From Chiloscyllium plagiosum (taxonomy: Eukaryota), in the NCBI RefSeq assembly GCF_004010195.1, contig NC_057752.1:13945431-13997545 (forward strand): DNA of 52,115 bases, written 5' to 3'. The translations under genes were made by a program, and so were the position numbers. Of the stretch, positions 12,097 to 23,610 are shown piece after piece. The first letter of the stretch is position 1. Each line of letters opens with the position of its first letter. The notes beneath the pieces are model-generated. The model saw only the letters and a list, made by a program, of their open reading frames with translations, was not told the DNA's origin and did no database searches.

Positions 12097-12601
12097 TTCC
12101 TGCCTTGACTGCATTTCAACTTGTGAAAGATTCGGGTCTCAAAGCAGACAGTTCCCACACCACGTCCTGTCAGTAACGTGTTTCTTTTCCGCATAACCAG
12201 TGTCTAGAAGCCTTTGTGGTCACTGAATAGAGGCATGGCTGCAGAGCTATTTCGAGAGCAGCTCGGTCAGAAGCTTGTTTAAAGAGGCAGTGACCTGGCC
12301 CATTCAGTTACCACTCTTTTTTTTTTAACCCCTTCAGTCCTGCAATACTCAAGCCCTTACCATGGCTCTACCTGCTGCTCCGTGTCATGGGTGTTACTCA
12401 GTGGAGGGGATCAGTTCGCTCGGATGGCTGGTTTGCAATGCAGCGTGGGTTCAATTACAACTGAGGTTACCATGGAAACACTCTCCTTCGCAACCTCCCC
12501 CCTCGCCTGAGGCGTGGTGACCATCAGGTTAAACCACCACTGGTCATCTCTCTCGCTAATGAGACAGCAGTGCTATAGTCTGGTAAGATTTTGCCTTTAC
12601 T

Positions 12602-12950
12602 CAGAGTCAGAGATGTACTGCACGGAAACAGACCTTTGGTCCAACTCATCCATACCGACCAGATATCCTAAACTAATCAAGTCCCATTTGCCAGCCCATA
12701 TCCCTCCAAACCCTTCCTATTCATGTACCCATCCAGATGCCTTTTAAATGCTGTAATTGTACCAGCCTCCACCACTTCCTCTGGCAGCTCATTCCACTCA
12801 CGCACCACCCTCTGTGTGAAAAAGTTACCCCTTAAGCCCCTTTTAAAATCTTTCCCCTCTCACCTTAAACCTATGCCCTCCAGGTCTGGGCTCCCCCAAC
12901 CTGGGGAAAAGGCACTCTAGCCATGCCCCTCATGATTTTATAAACCTCTT
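12602..12950 (-). mobile_element. CR1 LINE 3' fragment
   Basis: ccagcctccaccacttcctctggcagctcattcc shared with the copies at 1004 and 49040. Confidence 0.9.
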
Positions 12951-14131
12951 GAATCCATGAGCTTTGTGGAATCCCACCTGATCTCGCTCATTTGATCCAA
13001 AAATAGGTTAAGACTGTGGGAGCTGCAAGCCATGTACACTAGAGTTTCTCACCGGCTCTTGCTCGCTCTCTGAGACTGTGTTTGGGGTACAGCTGGATAG
13101 GGAGAAGCTCTTCCCAATGGGATTGGTATCCATTGGGATAGCAGGTTTGGAATGGCTGCAACTGGGCTCAGAGCAGATGAAAATTGGGAATTACTGTGTT
13201 AGATTTGGAAAACGTTCTCCCAAAACGCCATGCCATGAGGATTTGCTGCACAGATTTATACCAGCACAGGGTTGAAGTTTGGTTAATATTATGGATGTAT
13301 CATTGTCTGTGATAGCACGGGAGCCTCCATTCAATGGAAATGGCCTGTAATACATGGAACTTGCTGTCACGTCTCTCAACTTACAATGTGCTGCCAAAGG
13401 CTGGAACACAGACTGGTGGCGAGGCTAGGAAGATGGCTTCATGGCAAGCCAGTTTGAGAATCATTTGGGTTTTTCCAAACCTGCCCCTCGGCCACCATCT
13501 TGGTCATGCCAGTCGCCAGGCGTCCTGACAAAAAGACACAAGTCCATTTCTCAGATGTGGCACTGTCACTGGACTCAAAACCCAGAGGCTGCAGTTAAGG
13601 CTTTGGCGGTGGGGGGGGGGGGAGCAGAAATATGCCTGCAAATCCTACCACAGCGGTTGCTGGAATCTAAGTTGGATGAATGGATATGGAATAGAAAGCT
13701 GGTCTCAGTAATGCTGATCGTGTTACCGTTGCAAATGCCCCGCCTGGTTTACCAGAGGGGGAAGGAAATCTGCCATCCTTGCCCGGTCTGGTCTGCAGGC
13801 GACTCCCGACCACAGCCAACATGGTCGACTTTGGCTGATGGAGGGGCCAGGGGTCAGTCGGGGATGTGGAATTCTCCCTCCATACAGATTCAGAGCAGCA
13901 GGATAGACTCAAGGGGCTGAATGGCTCGCTTCTGCTCGGTTTGACACGGAGAGTGAGAAAAGGTTCAAATGGGGTAAAATAAGACTGACATCACCTATTG
14001 GAAAAAAATCCAAACTCTTTGCCCCCCCCATCTCTAGTCACAACAAAACTCTTTAACCAAGCTCACTCTGAATGTCACCTTCTCAACTTCCTCCCAACCG
14101 CGAATTTCTTACTTACATTAGCACAAAGCCA

Positions 14132-14414
14132 CCCACTGCTGTTCAAACTCTTGCGGTTTTTCTTGTTTTGGCTACAGCACCAAATTTATGGTCTTTTGCG
14201 CCTGGCCGCCATTTTCTTCACAGCTCTGAGGTGTCGTCAGGTGATTTTATTCAGCGGGACAGAGAGTGACATCAGACACACCCCGCAGGACAAAAAAAAA
14301 ATCGGCTGACGACACCTCAAAGCTGTGAAGAAAATGGCGGCCAGGCGCAAAAGACCATAAATTTGGCGCTGTAGCCAAAACAAGAAAAACCACAATAGTT
14401 TGGACAGCGGTGGG
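14132..14414. repeat. 109-bp inverted repeat with 65-bp spacer (MITE-like hairpin)
   Basis: 14132-14240 versus the reverse complement of 14306-14414 differ at about 6 positions. Confidence 0.92.
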
Positions 14415-15118
14415 GGAGGAGGGGGATTGCTTTGATAGGAGAATGCCCCAGTGCATGGATGGCAATGCCCGCAGCTTGAGGAATGCCTGGCCGGGCAAGG
14501 TACAAAGATGGTGGTACCAGTGGAAGTGCCCCCAGTCCTGGGCAGGAGTCTGTGCCTTTGGATGAGATAGCATCAAAGCCTGACACTGCACAGCAAGAGG
14601 ACATTCGGCCCACCAGACCAGTTCTCTCTCGCTCTTCAGTGGAGCTGTCCAATTCCCTGTTCATGAAAAAAATGGGAGCAGGAATTTCGCCAATCAGCCT
14701 TTCGAACCTGCTCTGACCCCATAGCGCAAAAAAGTTTTCTCCCTTGCCATTAAAGGGGTGGGGGGGAGGGGTCGAGTGACAGTTGGAAAACAATTGTTAA
14801 AAAGGACTGTCTTACATAGGGACACAAGGGAAGGGAACTGTTCTCTACCTCACCCAGGCAGCCCCAGTTCATTGACAAGGTCATAAGCAGTTACAATTGA
14901 ACCTTACAAGCCCTCCCACCCCAGAGTCAACTCAAACTGCAAAGCAGGTTTATTGAAGGTGTTGATACTGTCCGACTGGCTCCTCAGGCAATTCTGTGTT
15001 ACCTATCCGCTGTGCAAAGGCGTGAAATCAAAGCACTTTGGTACCCTCAATCCTCCTGGTGGTCATTTTAGTGGCAAAAATCTGGGAATTGCAATAAATA
15101 AAGACGCTGCCCCTCAGC

Positions 15119-15546
15119 CTACAATTGGCTTTCTTCCTCTTCCACTGAACGGTTGAGTCCGGGGATATACTTCAGCAGCCTCTTCCGCAAGCTTTTCCTC
15201 CTGGACTTCCTCGGCAGTGTTCCAAAGGCGCTCTGGTTGTTGCCTTTATCCCAGGAGGAGCAGGTGACTCCGTTGTGCCCAGCCTTGGCGCTTACGCTCC
15301 TCGTTAGTAGCTTTTTGGCGAGCACCACCTCGCTGCCATGGCTGTCATCGCTGCCCGTGTCCAACGGGTCAAAGATACAAGTCTGATAAATGGGCTCGTC
15401 TTCGCCCTCCATGGCACTGCAGCGGGTACTGCCGCCGGAGCCGGGCTGCCTCTGGGCGGAAGGGCTGAGGTAGTGTGCTTGGCCACAGAGGCTGGCTCTC
15501 ACCGACTCGAAAGCGTCATAAACACTCGGATCTTTTGACACAATGC
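15119..15546 (-). CDS. GRASP: GRASP/tamalin last coding exon, (G)[16 protein letters not shown]...KRLLKYIPGLNRSVEEEESQL*
   Basis: Acceptor ctctccag| at 15547-15548, TAG at 15119-15121. The EEEESQL terminus is the tamalin PDZ-binding motif (as I recall, paralog CYTIP ends in EEESRF). Confidence 0.96.
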
Positions 15547-16427
15547 CTGGAGAGAGGGCAGAAACACCAGGCGGTGAGGTCGACAGACAAAGGGGTTCGC
15601 CACGTTTATGTTGGCGCTCGGGGCTGCAGGCGACTGGCACCCTTCCGCTCAGACAGCCAAGTCCAGCTCCGTTATCCTTGTGAGAGCCTCACAGAGCCAG
15701 TCTCTCCACTGGGTCTACATCGCTGCCATTGGATTGAGGGAGCCAGCGTTGGCAGAGTGCGCGTAGAGTGCCAGCTGACAAGACAGAGCCCACCACTACA
15801 ACCGGCATCTTAAAAGGAGTGGATTCAAATTCACGGTGGATCTCAAACAGGTGCCAGGCAGACTATGCCAAGCTAGACTTAGACCACTGGGAACAAGACT
15901 GCAGGCACTGAAGCCCTCGGGTATCACCTACTGAAATGCTTGTTCTTTGTGAGTCAAAACAGTGAGAATCAGCAAACTACATCGTGACTTAGAGCTATTC
16001 CAACAAGGAGACTCGATGGCAAAACCAGATGCCAGGCGCATGACCAGTTGGGTAGGAAGTAAGGTAATCCTGCTGTTTCATACATCATTGGCTGAACGAG
16101 ACTTTAAGCTGTTGCATCCCACTCCGATCACCAGAAGAGAAAAACAGGAGATTGGAAAGGATGGTAAAGCAGAATGACTGAAGAGTTGGGTGGACTGGAT
16201 TGAGGAGCAGAGATTGAAGAGAGGGTCAAGAGGTGATGGAAAAGTGATGAAGATTCTATCGATCGGTCGCTCCCAACCTATCTCCCAACTGTGACCCAGT
16301 TTTCCAGGCTTGGAAATGGTTCCAAGCCCTCAGCGAGACGCAGGGAGTAGGGAGAGCTTAAAAAAGGCTGAGGAGCGCAGGGGGAAGAGGGAGAGAGCAC
16401 CCAGGAGAACAGGGGAAAACGATGGTG

Positions 16428-16895
16428 GAGAAGATTTACAAGGATGTTGCCAGGGTTGGAGGGTATGAGCTATAGGGAGAGACTGAATGCGCTGGGGCTG
16501 TTTTCCCTGGAGCATCAGAGGCTGAGGGGTGACCTTATAAAATCATGAGGGGCATGGGTAGGATAAATAGACAAAGTCTTTTCCCTGGGGTCAGGGAGTC
16601 CAGAACTAGAGGGTATAGGTTTAGGGTGAGAGGGGAAAGATATAAAAGAGACCTAAGGGGCAACTTTTTCACACAGAGGGTGGTACGTGTATGGAATGAG
16701 CTGCCAGAGGAAGTGTTGGAGGCTGGTACAATTACAGCATTTAAAAGGCATCTGGGTGGGTATATGAATAGGAAGGGTTTGGAGGGATATGGGCCGGGTG
16801 CTGGCAGGTGGGACTAGATTAAGTTAGGATATCCGGTCGGCATGGACGAGTTGGACCGAAGGGTCTGTTTCCGTGCTGTACATCTCTATGACTCT
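16428..16895 (+). mobile_element. CR1 LINE 3' fragment
   Basis: YKRDLRGNFFTQRVVRVWNELPEEVLEAG; tail ctctatgactct. Confidence 0.93.
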
Positions 16896-18114
16896 TATGA
16901 CTAACTGCGGTAGCCATTGCCACCTTGGACCTCATAGCCACACAATTTCAGTTTGCGACCCCACTTGGGGTGCTGACCCCTACTTTTGGACACCCTGCTA
17001 GAGGCATGAGATAATGTGGAATGTAATAAGCGGTTTCCCTTTGTCCAGGACTGTACAACCAGGCAACATTGGGTTTGCTTGATGGAACAGGGGTGGACAT
17101 TGCTAAATTCCAAGCTAATCAGTGAAAGGAGGATCTCAAATGGTCAGTTGATGGAGCCAACTGCTTTCAGAACCGGAGGGAAGGTTGGGATTAATTCACA
17201 CAAAGGTGAATTTCTTTCAGGGTGTAATCAGAGCAGTCTGAGTCGGGATGTGGCAACTGTTACCGTTTTGTTGGGAAAACCCATCAGGTTCATGAATGCC
17301 CTTTAGAGAAGGAAATCTGTCATCCTCACCTGGTCTGGCCTACACGTGACTCCAGACCCACAGCCTAATGTGGCTGACTCTTCGCCACCCACTGAAATGG
17401 GAAAGCCACTCAGCTCAAGGGACATTTACAGATAGGCAGCAAATGTTGGCCTTGCCAGGGGAACAGGCCATTTTGTCCCATTGTTCCTTATGCATTCTCT
17501 CAGTCAATGGTGGGTTAGCTGATGGCATTTCATTGTGAGCATTAGTCACCCACCTCCATTTATGGTTGTACCATGAGACCATCAGGATGGTAGGTGAACC
17601 GGATCCGGACTGGTCTTCCTTTGTCCTGAGGATGTCGCAGTAAGGTCTGACCATGCCAACCCACCTATACCTTCCAACATGGCAGCCCGTCGCCACCCTT
17701 TGCCTGAGGTTTTTGGGGTGAGGGGTGAGGCTGTTGTAGTTCCATCCCCATCGCTAACCGGGCTGAAAGCCGGAATGGTCTAAACTGAACAAGTTGGTTT
17801 GCAAAGCCTCTGCACTATGCCAAGCAGTGCCCACTATCTGGCAGGATAACTCCCTCAGCTCAATGAGCTGGTGAGGAGCTGGGTTCAACTCAAGACAAGA
17901 GCTGCTTGCCCAGTTCCTGATTAGGGCAATAGGATAACGGAGGGCATTGCAGGGCACTGGAACGGCAATTACAGATGGCTTTAATTCAAATGGCTGGGAC
18001 ACGTTCTCAGCAGGCTTTCAATAAAGTTCAAAACTTAGCAAATGCGATTGACGCTACTGTATCGAGATAAGTTGTATCCCCTGTCTCCCAACCAGATCTC
18101 AGCGTACGAATTAA

Positions 18115-19105
18115 CAGGTCTTTTTTTCCAAGTGGCAGGCAGTGACGAATGGAGGACCACAAGGATCAGTGCTTGGACCCCAGCTATTCCCAATATACGT
18201 TAATGATTTGGATGAGGGAACTCTATGTCATATCCCAAGTTTGCAGACAACACCGAGCTGGGTGGGAGGGTGAGGTGTCAGGAGGATGCAGAGGTGTTAC
18301 AGTGTGATTGGCAGTGTTTTGCTCACTTTGGGAGCAGAAATGTGAAGGTGGATTATTCTCTGAGTGGCGAGAGATTGGGAAAGGGGGAGGTGCAGTGAGA
18401 CCTGGGTGCCCTTGTGCACCAGCCACTGTAAGTAAGCCTGCAGGGGGCAGCAGGAGGTGAAGAAGGTCAATGGGATGTTGGGCCTTCATAGTGAGAGGGT
18501 TCGAGTACAGTAGCAGGGATGTCTTGCTGCAGTTGGACAGGGCCTTGGTGAGACCACACCTGGAGTATTGTGTGCAGTGTGGGTCTCCTTATCTGAGGAA
18601 GGATGTTCTGGTGATGGAGGGAGTCCAGCAAAGGTTTCCCAGACTGATTCCAGGGATGGCAGGACTGACGTATGAAGAGAGACTAGATCAGTTAGGACTA
18701 TATTCACTGGAGTTTATGAGAATGAGGAGGAGATCTCATCGAAACCAAAGAATTCTAACCGGACTAGACAGAGTAAAAACAGGAAGGATATTCCCAGTGA
18801 CCAGGGAGTTCCGAACCAGGGGGGTCACAGTCTAAGGACACCGGGTAGACCATTTCGGACTGAGATGAGGAGAGATATCTTCACCCAGAGAGTGGGGGAG
18901 CCTGTGGAATTCTCTACCACAGAAAGAGGTTGTGGATAGAACATGGAATAGTTTCGAGAAGGAGGTCAATATAGCTCTTAGGGCGAAAGGGTCAAAGAGC
19001 AGGGGGGAGAAAGTGGGAACAGGGAACGGAGTTGGATGATCAGACATGGTCGTATTGAATGGTCGAGCAGGCTTGAAGGGCTGAATGGCCTCCTCCTGCT
19101 CCTAT
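18115..19105 (+). mobile_element. CR1 LINE RT/C-terminal fragment, frameshifted
   Basis: [12 protein letters not shown], LVRPHLEYCVQ and YEERLDQLGLYSLE motifs. Confidence 0.9.
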
Positions 19106-20118
19106 TCTCTGGAATTCTATGCTGGCGATGCACAAAGACAGTATCTGGCCAGTGGTATGCACAAACTAACAGGGTCAGCAGGGGACAAATGGCTAAAAAT
19201 GCGTATGAAAATGCAGCAAGTGAAAGAAGAAAACGTTACAGCTTGGGAGGGAGGAGAGGGTGACAATGGAACCAGTTTACACTCAAATATTCAGCGAGCC
19301 ATGTGCAATTGCTGTGACACTGCGTGTGCTGTCTCCTTCTTTTGTAGCCTGGCACCTACGTTCAGCAAATGCCATGGACTGTTTGCCATTGCCACGGGCA
19401 TTGACGACAAAGGCATGTTAAGCGTGCCAGCTTTTGCAGGCCATTTCTGCGCCTTATTCCAATGCCAATACGGCCTTCAGCTCTCTAACATTGCAGGAAA
19501 AGCAGAGAAGGCTGCTGCATGATCGGGGGGGGGGGCATGAAGACAGAGCAGGGGGGAATGCAAAGACAGCGCCGGCTGACATGCTTTCTTTATTTATTAA
19601 AAAGGCTTCTTGGTTGTAACAGTCACCGTTAATCACGCGTGTGCCAATCGCATTGGCACCAATATGCTCGCTCCAGGCAATGGGCATTGTACCTTTGCCC
19701 TGCCAAGGTGCCTGCTATATGCGATGACCTTATCGTCTGCATGTCAGTCCATTAAAACATTGCAGCAGGGCACAGTCCTTTTTAAAAAAACTGTCCCCAT
19801 CTCGCCATCCAAAAGCCTGCACGAATAAAATTCAAGGGAGCAAATCCGAGGTTTGGTCTCATTGACAAGTGGGCACAATGCCAAGACTTGGAGCTTAATG
19901 CAGTTTATTTCACAGTCAGTGGTTTGTTTGGTGCTGGCTGTAAACCAGGATATAGCGTTCCGCTAAGTATCCAAACTTCTATAAAACCTGAGCTCCACTC
20001 CGAATGTAGCTTGGTCATGGTCAACAGAGGACCACACACTGCCCTGTTCCTGGACAACACCACCCCCCCTCCACCCTCCCCGAACCCCCACAAAGGAGAA
20101 AGTGAGCAGGTCACTTAC

Positions 20119-20185
20119 CGTGCACCAACCTCTGTTCCTGAACCATTAGAGATCTGTACTCTTCCCATTTCTCCTGCAGTGTTTG
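20119..20185 (-). CDS. GRASP: GRASP/tamalin exon, cytohesin-binding coiled coil, [22 protein letters not shown](G)
   Basis: 67 bp, ttgtag| ... |gtaagt. Matches tamalin [23 protein letters not shown]. Absent from the ORF track; found by reading the reverse strand. Confidence 0.96.
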
Positions 20186-20319
20186 CTACAAAGTGAAAAC
20201 AGCAATAAGCCTCCGTGAGAAATCTTAGACCCAGTCCCAGCCCAGAATCAGAGGTGGCAGAGCCCTAAGGAGATAATGGTTGGTGGGGGGGGTCAGGGGC
20301 GCTTGAGGAGTTGAAACGA

Positions 20320-20970
20320 CAACTTCCATTCCCGTAGCGCCTCTCGCCAACCCCAGGGCATCCCAAAGCGGTTTGCAGTCAGTGAAATGGCATTGAAAGG
20401 TGTTGTCATGTAGGCAACGCAGCAACCGCTGATCACAAACAGCAAGCCCCGACAAACAGCAATGAGCTAACAACCAGAAACAAAAAGAACTGCAGGAAAT
20501 GCTGGAAGTCAGACCCCAAAACAGAGATTGCTGGAGAGATTCAGCAGGTCTGGCAGCAGCCGTGGAGAGAGAAAGCCGAGTTCATGTTTTGGGTCGAGTG
20601 ACCCTGCTTCAGAACCCCCTTCCCGAACTGGAACTGAAACGTTAATTCGGATTTCTCTCCGGAGATGCTGCCAGGCCTGCTGAGTTTTCATTCTGTCGCA
20701 ATTTCTGCTTGTGGTGTTAATGTTTCCATGTTGTTGGTTATAAGGGGCCAGGACATCAGGGGATGTCTTCTCCAAAGAGTGTCTGTTAATGGGATCCTTT
20801 TACCTCTCTCGGAAAGAGCACGACGGGACCTCAGTTGAACGTCGTATCCGAAAGATAGCACTCCCAACAGAGCTGCCCTCCTTCAGCACTGCACCGGAGT
20901 GTCAGCCTGGATGATCGCTCTCTGGTTTCTGGACTAAAACTGTCTGATACCGCAAACCCTCAGCCCAGTT
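20320..20970 (-). mobile_element. Diverged Deu-domain SINE containing an old Penelope-like palindromic remnant (about 20476-20710)
   Basis: Reverse complement contains ccaggctgacactccggtgcagtgctg...gaggtcccgtc...ggatcccatt...tgtcctggcccc (Deu domain). Confidence 0.6.
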
Positions 20971-21304
20971 GATTAAAGAATGATGTCGTACACAGAAAGC
21001 CCAATGCTGCAGTTATACAAAATCCTGGGTGGACCCCCACTTGGAAGTACTCTGTGCACCACACCTTAGGAAGGACAGGTTGGCCTTGGGAATAGGTTGA
21101 CAAGAATGATACCTGGATTTCAGGGGCTAAGTCACGGGGAGAGATTATACAAACAAGGCCTGTTTTCTGGAATTTTGAAGGATAAGGGGTGATCTGATTG
21201 AAATCTTCAAGACATTGACAGGAAAGATAAACTATTTCCACTGGCTGGGGATTCTAGACCCTGAAGGCACAATCTGAGAATTAGGGCCAGAGCGTCCAGG
21301 AGAA

Positions 21305-21600
21305 TCATAGAATAGAATCCAGTGTGGAAGTAGGCCATTCAACCCATTAAGTTCACACTGACCCTCTGAAGAGCAGCCCACCCTCTATCCTATCCATATA
21401 ACCCTACATTTCCTGTGGTTAATCTACCTAGCCTGTGCATCCCTGGATGCTGTGGAAAATTTAGTGTGGCCAATGCACCAAACTTGCACGTCTTTGGAGT
21501 GTAGGAGGAAACCCACATAGATGCGGTCACCCAAGGCTGGAATCGAACCCGGGTCCCTGGCACTGTGAGGCAGCAGTGCTAACCACTGAGCCACCGTGCC
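21305..21600 (-). mobile_element. HE1-like V-SINE
   Basis: Ends on + with ...cagtgctaaccactgagccaccgtgcc, the reverse-complement tRNA-like head. Confidence 0.85.
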
Positions 21601-21854
21601 ATCTAACAACAGCTTCTTGATCTGAACTTTACAGTGCTTGAATCCACAGATACCATTCCAGCGATTTTTATTTTTTTTTAAGGTGTTCACTGTCAAAATG
21701 GTGATGCTCCAATGGGGGAAATCTATCTTCAGAGAGCAGATTCCCTCACTAACCTCAGGACTTGCGGTGTGTGAAAATTGCCCTTTAATTTGGCATCCAT
21801 GGTCCCCATTAAGTAAATGCTCAGAGGCCCAGAGCACAGCAAGATGCCACTCAC

Positions 21855-21921
21855 CTTCAGGTACTGCAGTCTGGTTTCCAACTCAGCTTGCCTGATGGAG
21901 GTGCCATACACCGTCTCCAGC
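21855..21921 (-). CDS. GRASP: GRASP/tamalin exon, coiled coil, LETVYGTSIRQAELETRLQYLK
   Basis: 67 bp, tgacag| ... |gtgagt. Near-identical to tamalin [22 protein letters not shown]. Confidence 0.96.
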
Positions 21922-22379
21922 CTGTCAGTGGGAATGGACCAGTTAATTGACTTTTCAAAATGCAAGTTCTCTCCTCACCTCTACTTATTCTTCAGCAGCT
22001 TTTCCACCGACTCTCTCAATGCTGGCCATGAGCTCACTGATGTCCTCTACTGATAGCTTCCCAGTTCACTGCCAACTCTGCGCCGTGACCAACCAATGAA
22101 GTGCAAACAACATGTTGAGACACCTCCCTCTGTCCATCGGTTCCCAAGGGGACCCTCTCCCTGCTGACATGGCCTCCAACAATCCTATGAAAGACAGGAA
22201 ATTTGCCATGTGGCTCCTACCAGTAGTGCCATCACTACATAAGGTGGTACTGAGGCACAGAGACCAAGTTCATGGTCTGTGTCGACTCATCCGAGCTGGA
22301 CTGTTGCGAAAGGTTTTGAATGCTCTGGAATGGCAGACAGGAAAAGACCAAAAAGAGAGGTTCCAGTACTTTTTTTTTT

Positions 22380-22715
22380 ATGTAATTCATTCACAAGATG
22401 AGGTCATCACTGGCTGGGCCAACATTTATTGCCCATCCCCAATTGCTCAGAGGACGGAAAAGAGTCAACCACATTGCTGTGGTTCCGGAGTCACATGTAG
22501 GCCCACACCAGACTGGGTAAGGATGGCAGTTTCATCAGTGAACCGGATGAATTTTTCCAACAGTTGACAATGGTTTCGTCGTCATCATTAGACTCTTAAT
22601 TCCAGACACTTTATTGAATTTAAATTCCACCATCTGCCATGTTGGGATTCAACCCGGGATTCCCAGAGCATTATCTGGGTCTCTGGACAAACAGTCCAGT
22701 GATAACAACACAAGA
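22380..22715 (-). mobile_element. tRNA-like SINE with a LINE-type tail (family also near 770-925, 13660-13860, 17270-17470, 30940-31245, 33965-34220, 37560-37780, 45500-45780)
   Basis: Recurring core gagtcaaccacattgctgtgggtctggagtcacatgtaggccagacc. Confidence 0.7.
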
Positions 22716-22898
22716 CCATCATTCGGAGGGTCAGTGTGGACTTGTTGGGCCGAAGGGCCTGTTTCCACACTGTCGGGAATGAAATGAAATGAAAATGAAG
22801 TCTCCCTTTGATTGATTGTGATTTGGTGACATCGCCCCTGTTGGAAAAAGCCCACGTACGAACATTTGGTGAGAAACACCAAACATAAAAAAAAGGGG

Positions 22899-23610
22899 TG
22901 GCCCAGTGGTAATGTTCCTGAACTAATAATCCAGAATGCCAGACTGATGTTCTGGAGATATGGGTTCTGTTCCTACTATGAAAGGATAAATGCAACTTTC
23001 ATTCAAAAAACCAGAAGAGAAAAGGGAGTCAAATGATAATTGTGCAGCCATTGCTGATTGTTGGAAAAGGCAAAAGGGAGGACTGCAGATGCTAGAAACC
23101 AGAGTTTAGATCAGAGTGGTGCTGGAAAAGCGCAGCAGCCGAGGAGCAGGAAAATCGACGTTTCGGGCCAAAGCCCTTCATCAGTGGAACCTCGCTTTTT
23201 GGTCTTTCCTGTCTGCCATCCCAGAGCATTCAAACCTTTCGCACCAGTCCAGCTCGGATCAGTCGACACAGACCATGAACTTGGTCTCTGTGCCTCAGTA
23301 CCACCTTATGTAGTGATGTAGTTATGTACTGGTAGCCCTGATAAAGGACTTTTGCCCGAAATGTCGATTTTCCTGCTCCTCGGATGCTGCCTGACCTGCT
23401 GTGCTTTTCCAGGACCACTCTGATTGTTGGAAAAGCCCATCTGGTTCACTCATGCCCTTTAGGGAAGGAAACTGCCATTCTTACCTGGTCTGGGCCTACA
23501 TGTGACTCCAGACCCATGGCAATGTCATTGACTCTTTACTGCCCTCTGGGGAATTAAGAACGGGCAATAACTGCTGAGCCAGCCAGCAACGCCCTCATCT
23601 TGTGAAGGAA
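22899..23610 (+). mobile_element. Same SINE family, interrupted by the Penelope-like palindromic insertion at 23070-23419
   Basis: Head ggcccagtggtaatgttcctgaactaataatccag. Resumes after the TSD with cccatctggttcactcatgcccttt...ggcctacatgtgactccagaccc. Confidence 0.7.
23070..23419. mobile_element. Fold-back Penelope-like insertion with 16-bp TSD and captured intron DNA
   Basis: TSD ctgattgttggaaaag at 23054-23069 and 23420-23435; arms about 23109-23184 and 23338-23422; centre 23185-23335 is an inverted copy of 22217-22365. Confidence 0.9.

Noticed and set aside
168..14793. Many 60-160 aa ORFs in the ORF track
   Set aside because: They show no recognisable domains apart from retroelement fragments. 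Paired similar ORFs (14072..14269 and 14247..14591) simply reflect the inverted repeat.
15547..15640. N-terminal part of ORF 15119..15640 (likewise the extensions of 21729..21965, 23929..24306 and 33358..33687)
   Set aside because: These are intronic read-through beyond the splice sites; only the exon portions resemble tamalin.
19270..19900. Repeat-free intronic block with the near-palindrome tgccaatcgcattggca (possible enhancer); similar block at 43560-43790
   Set aside because: Conservation cannot be judged without alignments, and the short motifs could be chance.
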